A stretch of 61,139 nt of DNA from an uncultured Gammaproteobacteria bacterium (lineage in GTDB: Bacteria > Patescibacteriota > Patescibacteriia > UBA9934), in NCBI GenBank assembly GCA_964599455.1, contig CAZREA010000001.1:419829-480967 (forward strand). Direction: 5' to 3'. Made by a program: the position numbers and the translations under genes. A model generated the notes under the pieces. The model ran no database searches. It was not told the origin of the DNA and saw only the letters and a list, made by a program, of their open reading frames with translations. The stretch's first letter is position 1; each line of letters begins with the position of its first letter. Below are positions 27,039-34,224 of this stretch, one piece after another.

Positions 27039-29129
27039 TTATTTTGCTGAACGCTCTTTGATAATTTGTTCGGCAACGTTACGAGGAACTTCTTGATATT
27101 CGGCGAATTCCATAGTGGAGGATGCACGGCCCTGCGTCAGAGAACGCAGGTTGGTTGCGTATCCGAACATTTCTGCAAGAGGAACCAATGCCCGAACCGT
27201 TTTAACATTACCTCGGTTGCCCATTTCTTGAATCTGCCCGCGCTTAGAGTTGAGATCACCGACAACTGAACCCAAGGATTCTTCTGGAGTAACAACTTCA
27301 ACCTTCATGATTGGCTCGAGAATTACCGGCTGTGCTTTGCGGATAGCCTCTTGGATAGCCATAGAACCCGCCATTTTAAAGGCAGCTTCGTTGGAGTCTA
27401 CATCGTGGTACGAACCATCGAAAACCGTAGCATGTACACCAATAAGAGGGAATCCTGCCAACACACCCCGATCAACCGCTTCGCGAGCACCTTTTTCAAT
27501 TGCCGGAATATATTCACGAGGAACAGAACCTCCTTTAATTTCTTCTTCGAATACAAAGGCTTCGGGATGTTCGGTATCGGTATTTGGGGTGACACGAATC
27601 CAGGCATGGCCATATTGACCACGACCACCTGATTGCTTCACGTATTTTCCTTCGCCCTCGGCAGAACCACGAATCGTTTCGCGGTAACTGACCTGCGGCT
27701 TCCCTACCGTTACTTCAACACTATATTCACGTTTCATGCGATCAACCATGATTTCGAGGTGAAGTTCTCCCATACCCGAAATGATGGTTTGATTGGTGTC
27801 GCTATCGGTATGCACACGGAAGGTAGGATCTTCTTCCATGAGGCGAGAAAGGGCCATGCCCATTTTTTCTTGGTCGGCTTTTGTTTTTGGTTCAACGGCT
27901 TGAGAGATAACCGGCTTAGCAAAATTGATTGCTTCAAGAACGATGGGATGATCGGGATCACACAAGGTATTTCCCGTTGCCGTTCCTTTTAAACCTACTG
28001 CCGCCGCAATTTCTCCTGCGTATACTTGATCAACTTCTTCACGAGAATTGGCGTGCAAGCGTACAATGCGAGAAATGCGCTCTTTTTCACCAGTAGAAGA
28101 GTTGAGTACATAAGTACCCGACTTCACCGAACCAGAATAGACGCGGAAGAACGCCAATTTTCCCACAAAAGGATCAGCAGCGATCTTAAATGCAAGTGCA
28201 GCGAAAGGTTTACTGTCGTCAGCCAAGCAAGGAATGACTTCTTCGGGATCTTCGGGATTAAAGCCAGAAAGTGCAGGACGATCCAAAGGAGAAGGCAGAA
28301 ATTCCACAACCGCATCAAGCATTTGTTGCACACCTTTGTTCTTGAGCGATGATCCGCACAGCACAGGGAAAATGCTCATACTCACAACGCCCTTGCGCAG
28401 TGCGGCCTTCAATTCAGGAATAGGAATTTCTTCACCCGCAAAGAAACGATCCATCAACTTTTCATCTTGTTCAACGATCGCTTCGATAAGTTCCTTGCGA
28501 TACTTTTCTACGTTTTCCTTCATGTCTTCAGGAACATCGGTTTCCTGAATATCTTTTCCGAGATCATCCTTATAGATATAGGCACGACGCGTAAAAAGAT
28601 CAACCAAACCAACGAAGTTTGATTCAGTGCCAATAGGCAGCTGAATAGGATGCGCTTTGGTCGTGAGACGCTTAGCAATGGATTCCAGATCTTTATAAAA
28701 ATCTGCACCGGTACGATCGAGTTTGTTGATATAACACACACGAGGCACACCGTATTTATCGGCCTGGTGCCAAACCGTTTCGGATTGTGGTTCAACACCC
28801 GCAACACCGTCAAAAACCGTTACACCACCATCAAGCACACGAAGAGAACGTTCAACTTCAACCGTAAAGTCAACGTGACCCGGAGTATCGATAATATTGA
28901 TGCGATGATCTTTCCAAAAACAAGTTGTGGCGGCGGCGGTAATCGTAATACCACGTTCCTGCTCCTGCTCCATCCAGTCCATGGTAGCTTCACCTTCATG
29001 CACTTCACCAATTTTGTGCTTTTTACCCGTATAGAAAAGGACGCGCTCGGTAGTAGTGGTTTTACCGGCATCAATGTGCGCAATAATACCAATGTTTCGT
29101 ACACGTTCCAAAGGATAGTCACGGTTCAT
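27039..29129 (-). CDS. fusA: Elongation factor G
   Basis: [26 protein letters not shown]. 696 aa. Confidence 0.97.
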   Translation of the reverse strand: MNRDYPLERVRNIGIIAHIDAGKTTTTERVLFYTGKKHKIGEVHEGEATMDWMEQEQERGITITAAATTCFWKDHRINIIDTPGHVDFTVEVERSLRVLDGGVTVFDGVAGVEPQSETVWHQADKYGVPRVCYINKLDRTGADFYKDLESIAKRLTTKAHPIQLPIGTESNFVGLVDLFTRRAYIYKDDLGKDIQETDVPEDMKENVEKYRKELIEAIVEQDEKLMDRFFAGEEIPIPELKAALRKGVVSMSIFPVLCGSSLKNKGVQQMLDAVVEFLPSPLDRPALSGFNPEDPEEVIPCLADDSKPFAALAFKIAADPFVGKLAFFRVYSGSVKSGTYVLNSSTGEKERISRIVRLHANSREEVDQVYAGEIAAAVGLKGTATGNTLCDPDHPIVLEAINFAKPVISQAVEPKTKADQEKMGMALSRLMEEDPTFRVHTDSDTNQTIISGMGELHLEIMVDRMKREYSVEVTVGKPQVSYRETIRGSAEGEGKYVKQSGGRGQYGHAWIRVTPNTDTEHPEAFVFEEEIKGGSVPREYIPAIEKGAREAVDRGVLAGFPLIGVHATVFDGSYHDVDSNEAAFKMAGSMAIQEAIRKAQPVILEPIMKVEVVTPEESLGSVVGDLNSKRGQIQEMGNRGNVKTVRALVPLAEMFGYATNLRSLTQGRASSTMEFAEYQEVPRNVAEQIIKERSAK

Positions 29130-29138
29130 AGAGAAAAA

Positions 29139-29181
29139 CGGTTAAATCGGTTAACCGGTTAAACGCCTTAACCGCCTTAAC
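29139..29181 (-). repeat. Short tandem units (CGGTTAA x3, CGCCTTAAC x2) forming an imperfect hairpin just before the fusA start
   Basis: cggttaaat cggttaac cggttaaa cgccttaac cgccttaac. On the mRNA strand the hairpin is followed by CCGUUUUUCUCU-AUG. Confidence 0.7.
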
Positions 29182-29194
29182 CGCTTTGAAATAC

Positions 29195-29662
29195 TTATCG
29201 AGCAAAGTGCGCAAAAGCACGGTTAGCTTCAGCCATGCGTTGTACGTCGGCACGCTTTTTAACAGCTTCACCTTCACCCTTTGCTGCGTTCATTAGCTCT
29301 TCAGACAATTTTTCACACATTGGGCGACCTTTTTTGCCACGAGCTGCGCCTAAAATCCAACGAAATGCCAACGCGTATTTACGTTCACCGCGAACAGGCA
29401 TCGGAACCTGGTAGTTTGCACCACCCACACGCTTGGACTTCACTTCAACGGCAGGCATGACGTTTTTCATGGCCTCATCAAAAACTTCAATAGGGCTTCG
29501 TTGCGTTTCGGTGGCAATAATTTCAAAAGCCTCGTACACAACCTTTTGCGCTACGGACTTCTTGCCGTCGCGCATGACGTAGTTAATAAGTTTTGCAACT
29601 AAAACACTGCTGTATTTGTTATCGGGAAGAACAATTCGCTGAGGTGCGGCTTTACCACGCAT
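29195..29662 (-). CDS. rpsG: 30S ribosomal protein S7
   Basis: KYSSVLVAKLINYVMRDGKKSVA..; C-terminus ANRAFAHFAR. Confidence 0.95.
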   Translation of the reverse strand: MRGKAAPQRIVLPDNKYSSVLVAKLINYVMRDGKKSVAQKVVYEAFEIIATETQRSPIEVFDEAMKNVMPAVEVKSKRVGGANYQVPMPVRGERKYALAFRWILGAARGKKGRPMCEKLSEELMNAAKGEGEAVKKRADVQRMAEANRAFAHFAR

Positions 29663-29740
29663 AATGAAGAGAGATTATCCTTCGCGATCACAGGGATCAC
29701 TTCCCGAGGTGGAGCTTCGGTACTCGAAGGGGAATGAAAA

Positions 29741-30184
29741 TTACTTTTTCTTAGGGGCTGCTTTTCCGGCCTTTGGACGCTTGGTTCCGTAACGAGAACG
29801 GCCACGATTACGGCCATCAACACCGGTTGCGTCGTAACGACCGCGAACAATGTGATAGCGCACACCTGGCAAGTCTTTTACACGTCCACCACGGATCATG
29901 ACGATGGAATGCTCTTGCAGGTTGTGACCTTCGCCAGGAATATAGGCTGTAACTTCCGTTCCATTAGAAAGGCGGATACGAGCAATTTTACGCAAAGCCG
30001 AGTTTGGCTTTTTTGGGGTCATGGTGGTGACCTTCACGCAGACGCCGCGTTTAAAAGGTGCGCCCTTGGGCAAATCGGTACGCTTGCGATGCAAAGAATC
30101 GAGCGTGTATTGCATGGCGGGTGATTTTGACTTCACCTTGGTGCGCGAACGTCCTTTGCGGATGAGTTGGTTAATAGTTGGCAT
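29741..30184 (-). CDS. rpsL: 30S ribosomal protein S12 with Lys-rich C-terminal tail
   Basis: [22 protein letters not shown]. Extra tail is [19 protein letters not shown]. Confidence 0.95.
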   Translation of the reverse strand: MPTINQLIRKGRSRTKVKSKSPAMQYTLDSLHRKRTDLPKGAPFKRGVCVKVTTMTPKKPNSALRKIARIRLSNGTEVTAYIPGEGHNLQEHSIVMIRGGRVKDLPGVRYHIVRGRYDATGVDGRNRGRSRYGTKRPKAGKAAPKKK

Positions 30185-30202
30185 AGCAAATAAAGTGCCA
30201 AA

Positions 30203-30231
30203 ACTCTAACATACGCCAAAAATTGGGTCAA
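30203..30231 (-). promoter_or_regulatory. Putative sigma-70-type promoter of the str operon
   Basis: Minus strand reads TTGACC-17 nt-TAGAGT, about 20 nt upstream of the rpsL ATG. Confidence 0.5.
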
Positions 30232-30233
30232 TG

Positions 30234-30914
30234 TTATCCTCCGAAATAGAAGCTTAAAACCCCTAAACAGGAGGTTTGCGACAATAAATCACAAGCAAAG
30301 ATAGCAGGCGTGGTGATAAAAAAGAAGGGATCAAAAGGAGTTACTAATGAAATGACGACCAATCCTAAAAGAATTTGGGAGCCGTAGGCTTCGAAAAGTA
30401 TACGAGCCCGATGCCATTGCGCTTTATGAAGTAACGCATCCAAAACATGCGATCCATCAAGAGGTGGAATGGGAATGAGATTAAAAAAGAGCAACATGAG
30501 ATTAACGAGCATGAGCAACATCAAAAATGCAGGCAATAAGCTTCCAGCCTGTAAAAGATTTGCTATCAACAACCACTGAAAAACCATACCCGCAGCTGCT
30601 GCCATCAACAGGTTTGCCGCTGGTCCAGCCAAGGCAATCACTGCACCATCGAGCAACGGGTTAGGGAGACGACGAGGATCAAACGGCACTGGCTTGGCCC
30701 AACCAAAGCCCAACGTCAGCAACATGAGGGTTCCTACCGGATCAAGATGCGCAAGTGGATTCAGCGTTAATCTTCCCATGTGTTCCGCAGTCCGATCACC
30801 GCGCCACTTCCCTACTGCTGCATGCGCAAATTCATGCACGGTTAACGAGACAATAAGCGCAATCGCATACGCGAGCGCAAGAAGAGGAGCGGTGAATAAA
30901 AGATTCAAAAGCAT
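30234..30914 (-). CDS. Site-2 protease family zinc metalloprotease (peptidase M50)
   Basis: HEFAHA (HExxH) in TM1 and NLIPIPPLDG in a later TM. About 6 TM helices. Confidence 0.82.
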   Translation of the reverse strand: MLLNLLFTAPLLALAYAIALIVSLTVHEFAHAAVGKWRGDRTAEHMGRLTLNPLAHLDPVGTLMLLTLGFGWAKPVPFDPRRLPNPLLDGAVIALAGPAANLLMAAAAGMVFQWLLIANLLQAGSLLPAFLMLLMLVNLMLLFFNLIPIPPLDGSHVLDALLHKAQWHRARILFEAYGSQILLGLVVISLVTPFDPFFFITTPAIFACDLLSQTSCLGVLSFYFGG

Positions 30915-30990
30915 AGAGAAAAGATTAAGGGGCAGGCGCTAATGCAAAGAGGAATCCAGCGCTAAATACTATTCTTTTATCACAATCGTT

Positions 30991-31025
30991 TTCTAGGCCC
31001 TTCGCATTCGCTCAGGGTCTGTCCT
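30991..31025. repeat. Copy 1 of TTCTAGGCCC..TTCGCTCAGGGTCTG repeat core
   Basis: ttctaggcccttcgcattcgctcagggtctgtcct. Near-identical cores at 42914, 47229 and 43441. Confidence 0.75.
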
Positions 31026-31037
31026 GCACATCTTTCA

Positions 31038-32336
31038 TCACTCCACCACGATTTGTGCGCCGACGCTGCGGAGTTTTGCGTCGAGATTTTCGTAGCCACG
31101 TTCGAGGTGATCAATACCCGTCAGTGTCGAAGTCCCTTCAGCGACAAGGGCGGCAATGACGTACGCAAGTCCCGCACGAATATCAGGCACGATCATTTCC
31201 GTTGCATGAAGCGAGGTCGGCCCCTTGATCACTGCTGAATGCTTGTAATTATGATCTTTAAACCGACAAGGAATTTCACCCAAACAATTTTCAAAAAGTG
31301 TAATATCAGCACCCATCTTTACCAGAGCTTCAGTATAGCCGAATCGCTCTTGATAGACCGTTTCATGCATAACTGACGTTCCTTCCGCTTGCGTCAACAC
31401 CACGAGAAAAGGTTGTTGCCAATCGGTAGAAAATCCGGGATAGGTATCGGTTTCGATTTGCAAGCCTTTGTATTTCTCTTTGCCAATAAAACGAATACCA
31501 TCATTGCTTACTTCATATTCCCCACCAATCAAACGTACGGCATTCAGAAACGTAATCATGTCCCGATGATGTGCGCCTTTCACGAAAATATTTCCCCGAG
31601 TCGCAAGTGCAAGCGCTGCGAATGACGCCACCTCGAGACGATCAGGTAAAATCGTATGTTCGCATCCATGCAGCTCAGAGACACCGATAATTTCAATTTC
31701 ACGCCCCGCACCAAGCTCGATAATCGCTCCCATCTTTTGGAGCATCATCACAAGTTCAATGATCTCCGGTTCGATAGCTGCATTTTTTAAAACAGTTCGT
31801 CCTTTTGCCAGAACACCCGCAAACAAAATCGTTTCGGTTGCTCCAACCGAAGGATACGGCAATTCGATCACGGTTCCCTTTAAACCATTCGGCGCAGTTG
31901 CACGATAGCCATCCGTCGCTTCTTCAATCGTTGCTCCCATTTTTTCGAGCGCATCAAGATGGAAATTGACGGGACGGGGTCCAATCTTATCCCCGCCGAG
32001 CGTTGGCACAAAGGCTTCACCTGCACGATGGAGCAAAGGTGCGAGCGCTAAAATCGCCAAACGATTCTTCCGCGACAACTGCATGGCCGAAGTTGAAGCA
32101 ATCTCCCTCGTCCGTAATTGAAGTGTGTGATCTGTAAGATTCGTCTGTGCGCCCAACGTCGTGATCAATTCCCGGGCAATATCCGACTCTTGCTGTAACG
32201 GAACATTATGCAGAATCACTTCTTCTTGAGTTAAGAGAGAAGCGATAATCATCTTTGAAGCAGCATTTTTAGCTCCGGAAACGGTGACTTCACCAATCAA
32301 AGGCTTTCCTCCGGTAATGTGCATGCGTGTGGGCAT
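31038..32336 (-). CDS. murA: UDP-N-acetylglucosamine 1-carboxyvinyltransferase with Asp at the catalytic Cys position
   Basis: ITGGKPLIGEVTVSGAKNAASK. Active-site loop LGGDKIGPRPV. Start chosen at ATG 32336. Confidence 0.93.
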   Translation of the reverse strand: MPTRMHITGGKPLIGEVTVSGAKNAASKMIIASLLTQEEVILHNVPLQQESDIARELITTLGAQTNLTDHTLQLRTREIASTSAMQLSRKNRLAILALAPLLHRAGEAFVPTLGGDKIGPRPVNFHLDALEKMGATIEEATDGYRATAPNGLKGTVIELPYPSVGATETILFAGVLAKGRTVLKNAAIEPEIIELVMMLQKMGAIIELGAGREIEIIGVSELHGCEHTILPDRLEVASFAALALATRGNIFVKGAHHRDMITFLNAVRLIGGEYEVSNDGIRFIGKEKYKGLQIETDTYPGFSTDWQQPFLVVLTQAEGTSVMHETVYQERFGYTEALVKMGADITLFENCLGEIPCRFKDHNYKHSAVIKGPTSLHATEMIVPDIRAGLAYVIAALVAEGTSTLTGIDHLERGYENLDAKLRSVGAQIVVE

Positions 32337-32422
32337 AATAGGGATATAGTAGCAAGAAGAAGGCCAGTGAGGCCAGCTTTCAGAAAGTAACGTGATTTCC
32401 AAGGAAAGTCCGTAAAAAGATT

Positions 32423-32454
32423 CACCCGCCGACTAGATCGCTAGTCGGCGGGTG
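32423..32454 (-). terminator. 14-bp perfect hairpin terminator (minus-strand sense)
   Basis: cacccgccgactag-atcg-ctagtcggcgggtg, followed on the minus strand by aaucuuuuu. Confidence 0.6.
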
Positions 32455-32478
32455 AAGAACGGAGAGTGGGTCGACGAA

Positions 32479-32667
32479 CTAGTTGTTGTCGACCCTGTTC
32501 TCCAAGGCGCGGAGGTCTCTCCGCGAAAGGTGCGAGGGCGTCAGGACAGGTATCCCAACACAAGAGCTCGGAGCCAACGAGGAGGGGGTCTCTCTGACCT
32601 CATCAGGAAAGGCGGGATCGGCGGGCGACGAGAGGAGGGGCGGTTCCGGAGGGGGAGACTTGGTCAT
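32479..32667 (-). CDS. Candidate small ORF (62 aa, Pro/Ser-rich) in GC-rich island
   Basis: GGAG 7 nt upstream of the ATG. G/C preferred at third codon positions. Terminator 32423-32454 lies downstream. Low-complexity sequence, so it may be non-coding. Confidence 0.3.
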   Translation of the reverse strand: MTKSPPPEPPLLSSPADPAFPDEVRETPSSLAPSSCVGIPVLTPSHLSRRDLRALENRVDNN

Positions 32668-32771
32668 GTACGAGCTCCAATGAGCAGGTGCTGCGCGATG
32701 CGGGACTGCGATCGCGAGTACGGTACCTTTTTGCAAGATGCCGTTTTCGCGAGTGCAGTGCGCCTACGTGC

Positions 32772-32810
32772 AACCTCCTCCCGGCCTCCTCCTTGAAAAG
32801 GAGGAGGTGA
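32772..32810. repeat. Palindromic element family P1, copy A, flanked by perfect 11-bp direct repeats
   Basis: aacctcctcccgg-CCTCCTCCTTGAAAAGGAGGAGG-tga lies between cgcctacgtgc (32761-71) and cgcctacgtgc (32811-21). Confidence 0.8.
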
Positions 32811-32837
32811 CGCCTACGTGCCTTCGTGCCAAGGTAC

Positions 32838-32872
32838 GAAAGAACCGCCCAATGACCGAGGCGGTTCTTTGT
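32838..32872 (+). terminator. Plus-strand terminator-like hairpin
   Basis: aaagaaccgcc-caatgaccga-ggcggttcttt followed by gtt. Confidence 0.45.
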
Positions 32873-33077
32873 TACATTCGCATTGAGGATGAGCTCTTTA
32901 GCTATGCATGAGATACCGCCACATTTTTTACAAGAAACACGACATCGAGAGAGGACGTCGTAAAAATCTTGCAAATAGTGCGGTACGGTGATTGCATATC
33001 GTCTTTTTTAGAATAACGCACAAAAAGCTGATAATTGAAAAGTTATCCCCATCTCTTCCTACTGTCAAGAACATCTC

Positions 33078-33572
33078 CTACTCGCCAAAATGATATTTAT
33101 CGGTGATCTTTGCGTAGGTAACCAATTCTTCAGGCTTAAACCAAACGCCAATTTCTACTTCAGCTTCTTCAGGAGAACCCGAGGCATGAATAAGATTAAA
33201 GATACCCATATTCTTGGCATCAGCGTGCGCAAAAGAAGCATGTGCGTAATCACCACGAATTGTTCCCGGAGCCGCAGACTTTGGCTCGGTTGAGCCAATC
33301 ATCTTGCGGGTAACTTCCACCATATCAACCCCTTCGAAAACCAAAGCCACAACAGGGCCCATAAGGAGCATGTCAACCATGAGCTTGCGCACGTTTTCGC
33401 CACGGCGACGGGCAAGATCGTCGGTGTAGTGCTGCATGGCGGTGTCGCGGTCGGAAACAAGCAATTTCATGCCAACCATTTTGGCGCCCACGCGTTCAAA
33501 ACGTGTAAGAATTTCGCCAACAATGCCGCGATCAAGGGCATCAGGCTTTAAAAGGACAAGTGTTCGTTGCAT
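33078..33572 (-). CDS. ndk: Nucleoside diphosphate kinase
   Basis: RTLVLLKPDALDRGIVGEIL; catalytic His context NLIHASGS. ATG at 33572. Confidence 0.92.
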   Translation of the reverse strand: MQRTLVLLKPDALDRGIVGEILTRFERVGAKMVGMKLLVSDRDTAMQHYTDDLARRRGENVRKLMVDMLLMGPVVALVFEGVDMVEVTRKMIGSTEPKSAAPGTIRGDYAHASFAHADAKNMGIFNLIHASGSPEEAEVEIGVWFKPEELVTYAKITDKYHFGE

Positions 33573-33632
33573 AAAAAATATCAATAATTTGCATGGAGTA
33601 TAGGAAAAAATACAAAAAATGCAAGGGTAGCG

Positions 33633-34157
33633 CTAAGGAGACTCAAACATCTCTTTTAATAGTTGCGGGAGAGAATCACGATTTTCTGGAGTAACGGTGA
33701 TTAACGTAATGTCCGGATGCGTTTTATATTTCTCTGCCCAAGACTCAGGATCATATACGATAGTAGCCAAGATATCTTGCTCAGACCAAAGAAGTGTATC
33801 AACAAGGGGAAGAAAGGCGGGATCACACACCTCCATCCTCCCAATTTCATCAATAACAAGAATAGCGTCGGTCATTTCACTCGAAGCCTGAAGAGTGGGA
33901 TTAATAAAAGAAGAAATAGCATCAACATCTACAAAATACTTTCCAGCAACAATACATGATGAATGTGAAAACATTTTTTTATGTGCAAGGATGCGATGAG
34001 ATCCCCTAAAATCAACAGCCGTGAAACCCTGACGGCCTTCTTTGTCTCGTATCTCCTGCGTATATACACCTACAAGCTTTCTTGTGGTTATTTCTTTAAA
34101 TTGTAACAGTACGGTGGTTTTTCCAGCTCCTGGAGCACCGGTAAGAAATACCTTCAT
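33633..34157 (-). CDS. P-loop NTPase (THEP1/NTPase_1-like)
   Basis: Walker A GAPGAGKTT, Walker B LVIDEIGRME. 174 aa. Confidence 0.6.
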   Translation of the reverse strand: MKVFLTGAPGAGKTTVLLQFKEITTRKLVGVYTQEIRDKEGRQGFTAVDFRGSHRILAHKKMFSHSSCIVAGKYFVDVDAISSFINPTLQASSEMTDAILVIDEIGRMEVCDPAFLPLVDTLLWSEQDILATIVYDPESWAEKYKTHPDITLITVTPENRDSLPQLLKEMFESP

Positions 34158-34224
34158 ATGATAGCAAGTGTATCAACTTCTTCTTTCGCCCAGAAGAGTC
34201 TTCAAAATCTATCCAAACCTACTT

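Noticed and set aside
26936-27127. The N-terminal 64 codons of ORF 26456..27127.
   Set aside because: They overlap the fusA 3' end, its terminator hairpin and an AT-rich promoter-like stretch. The first plausible ATG is at 26935.
29139-29181. The short tandem units as a CRISPR-like or minisatellite array.
   Set aside because: The units are only 8-9 nt with no spacers. The two unit types are mutually complementary, which is better explained as a hairpin. No CRISPR array and no cas genes appear anywhere in the window.
32401-32412. AAGGAAAGTCCG, which resembles the RNase P RNA P4 consensus (GAGGAAAGUCCGG).
   Set aside because: None of the other universally conserved RNase P segments (the ACAGAA..GGCUUA 3' strand of P4, the GGUAA/AGAGCGCACC-type motifs) can be found on either strand nearby. 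The match is probably chance.
32452-32796. A 114-codon plus-strand ORF in the GC-rich island.
   Set aside because: The GTG start lies inside a perfect hairpin with no spaced RBS. The product is Arg/Gly-rich low complexity that runs into the P1 repeat. Third-position G/C bias is weaker than for the overlapping minus-strand sORF. Neither ORF is secure.
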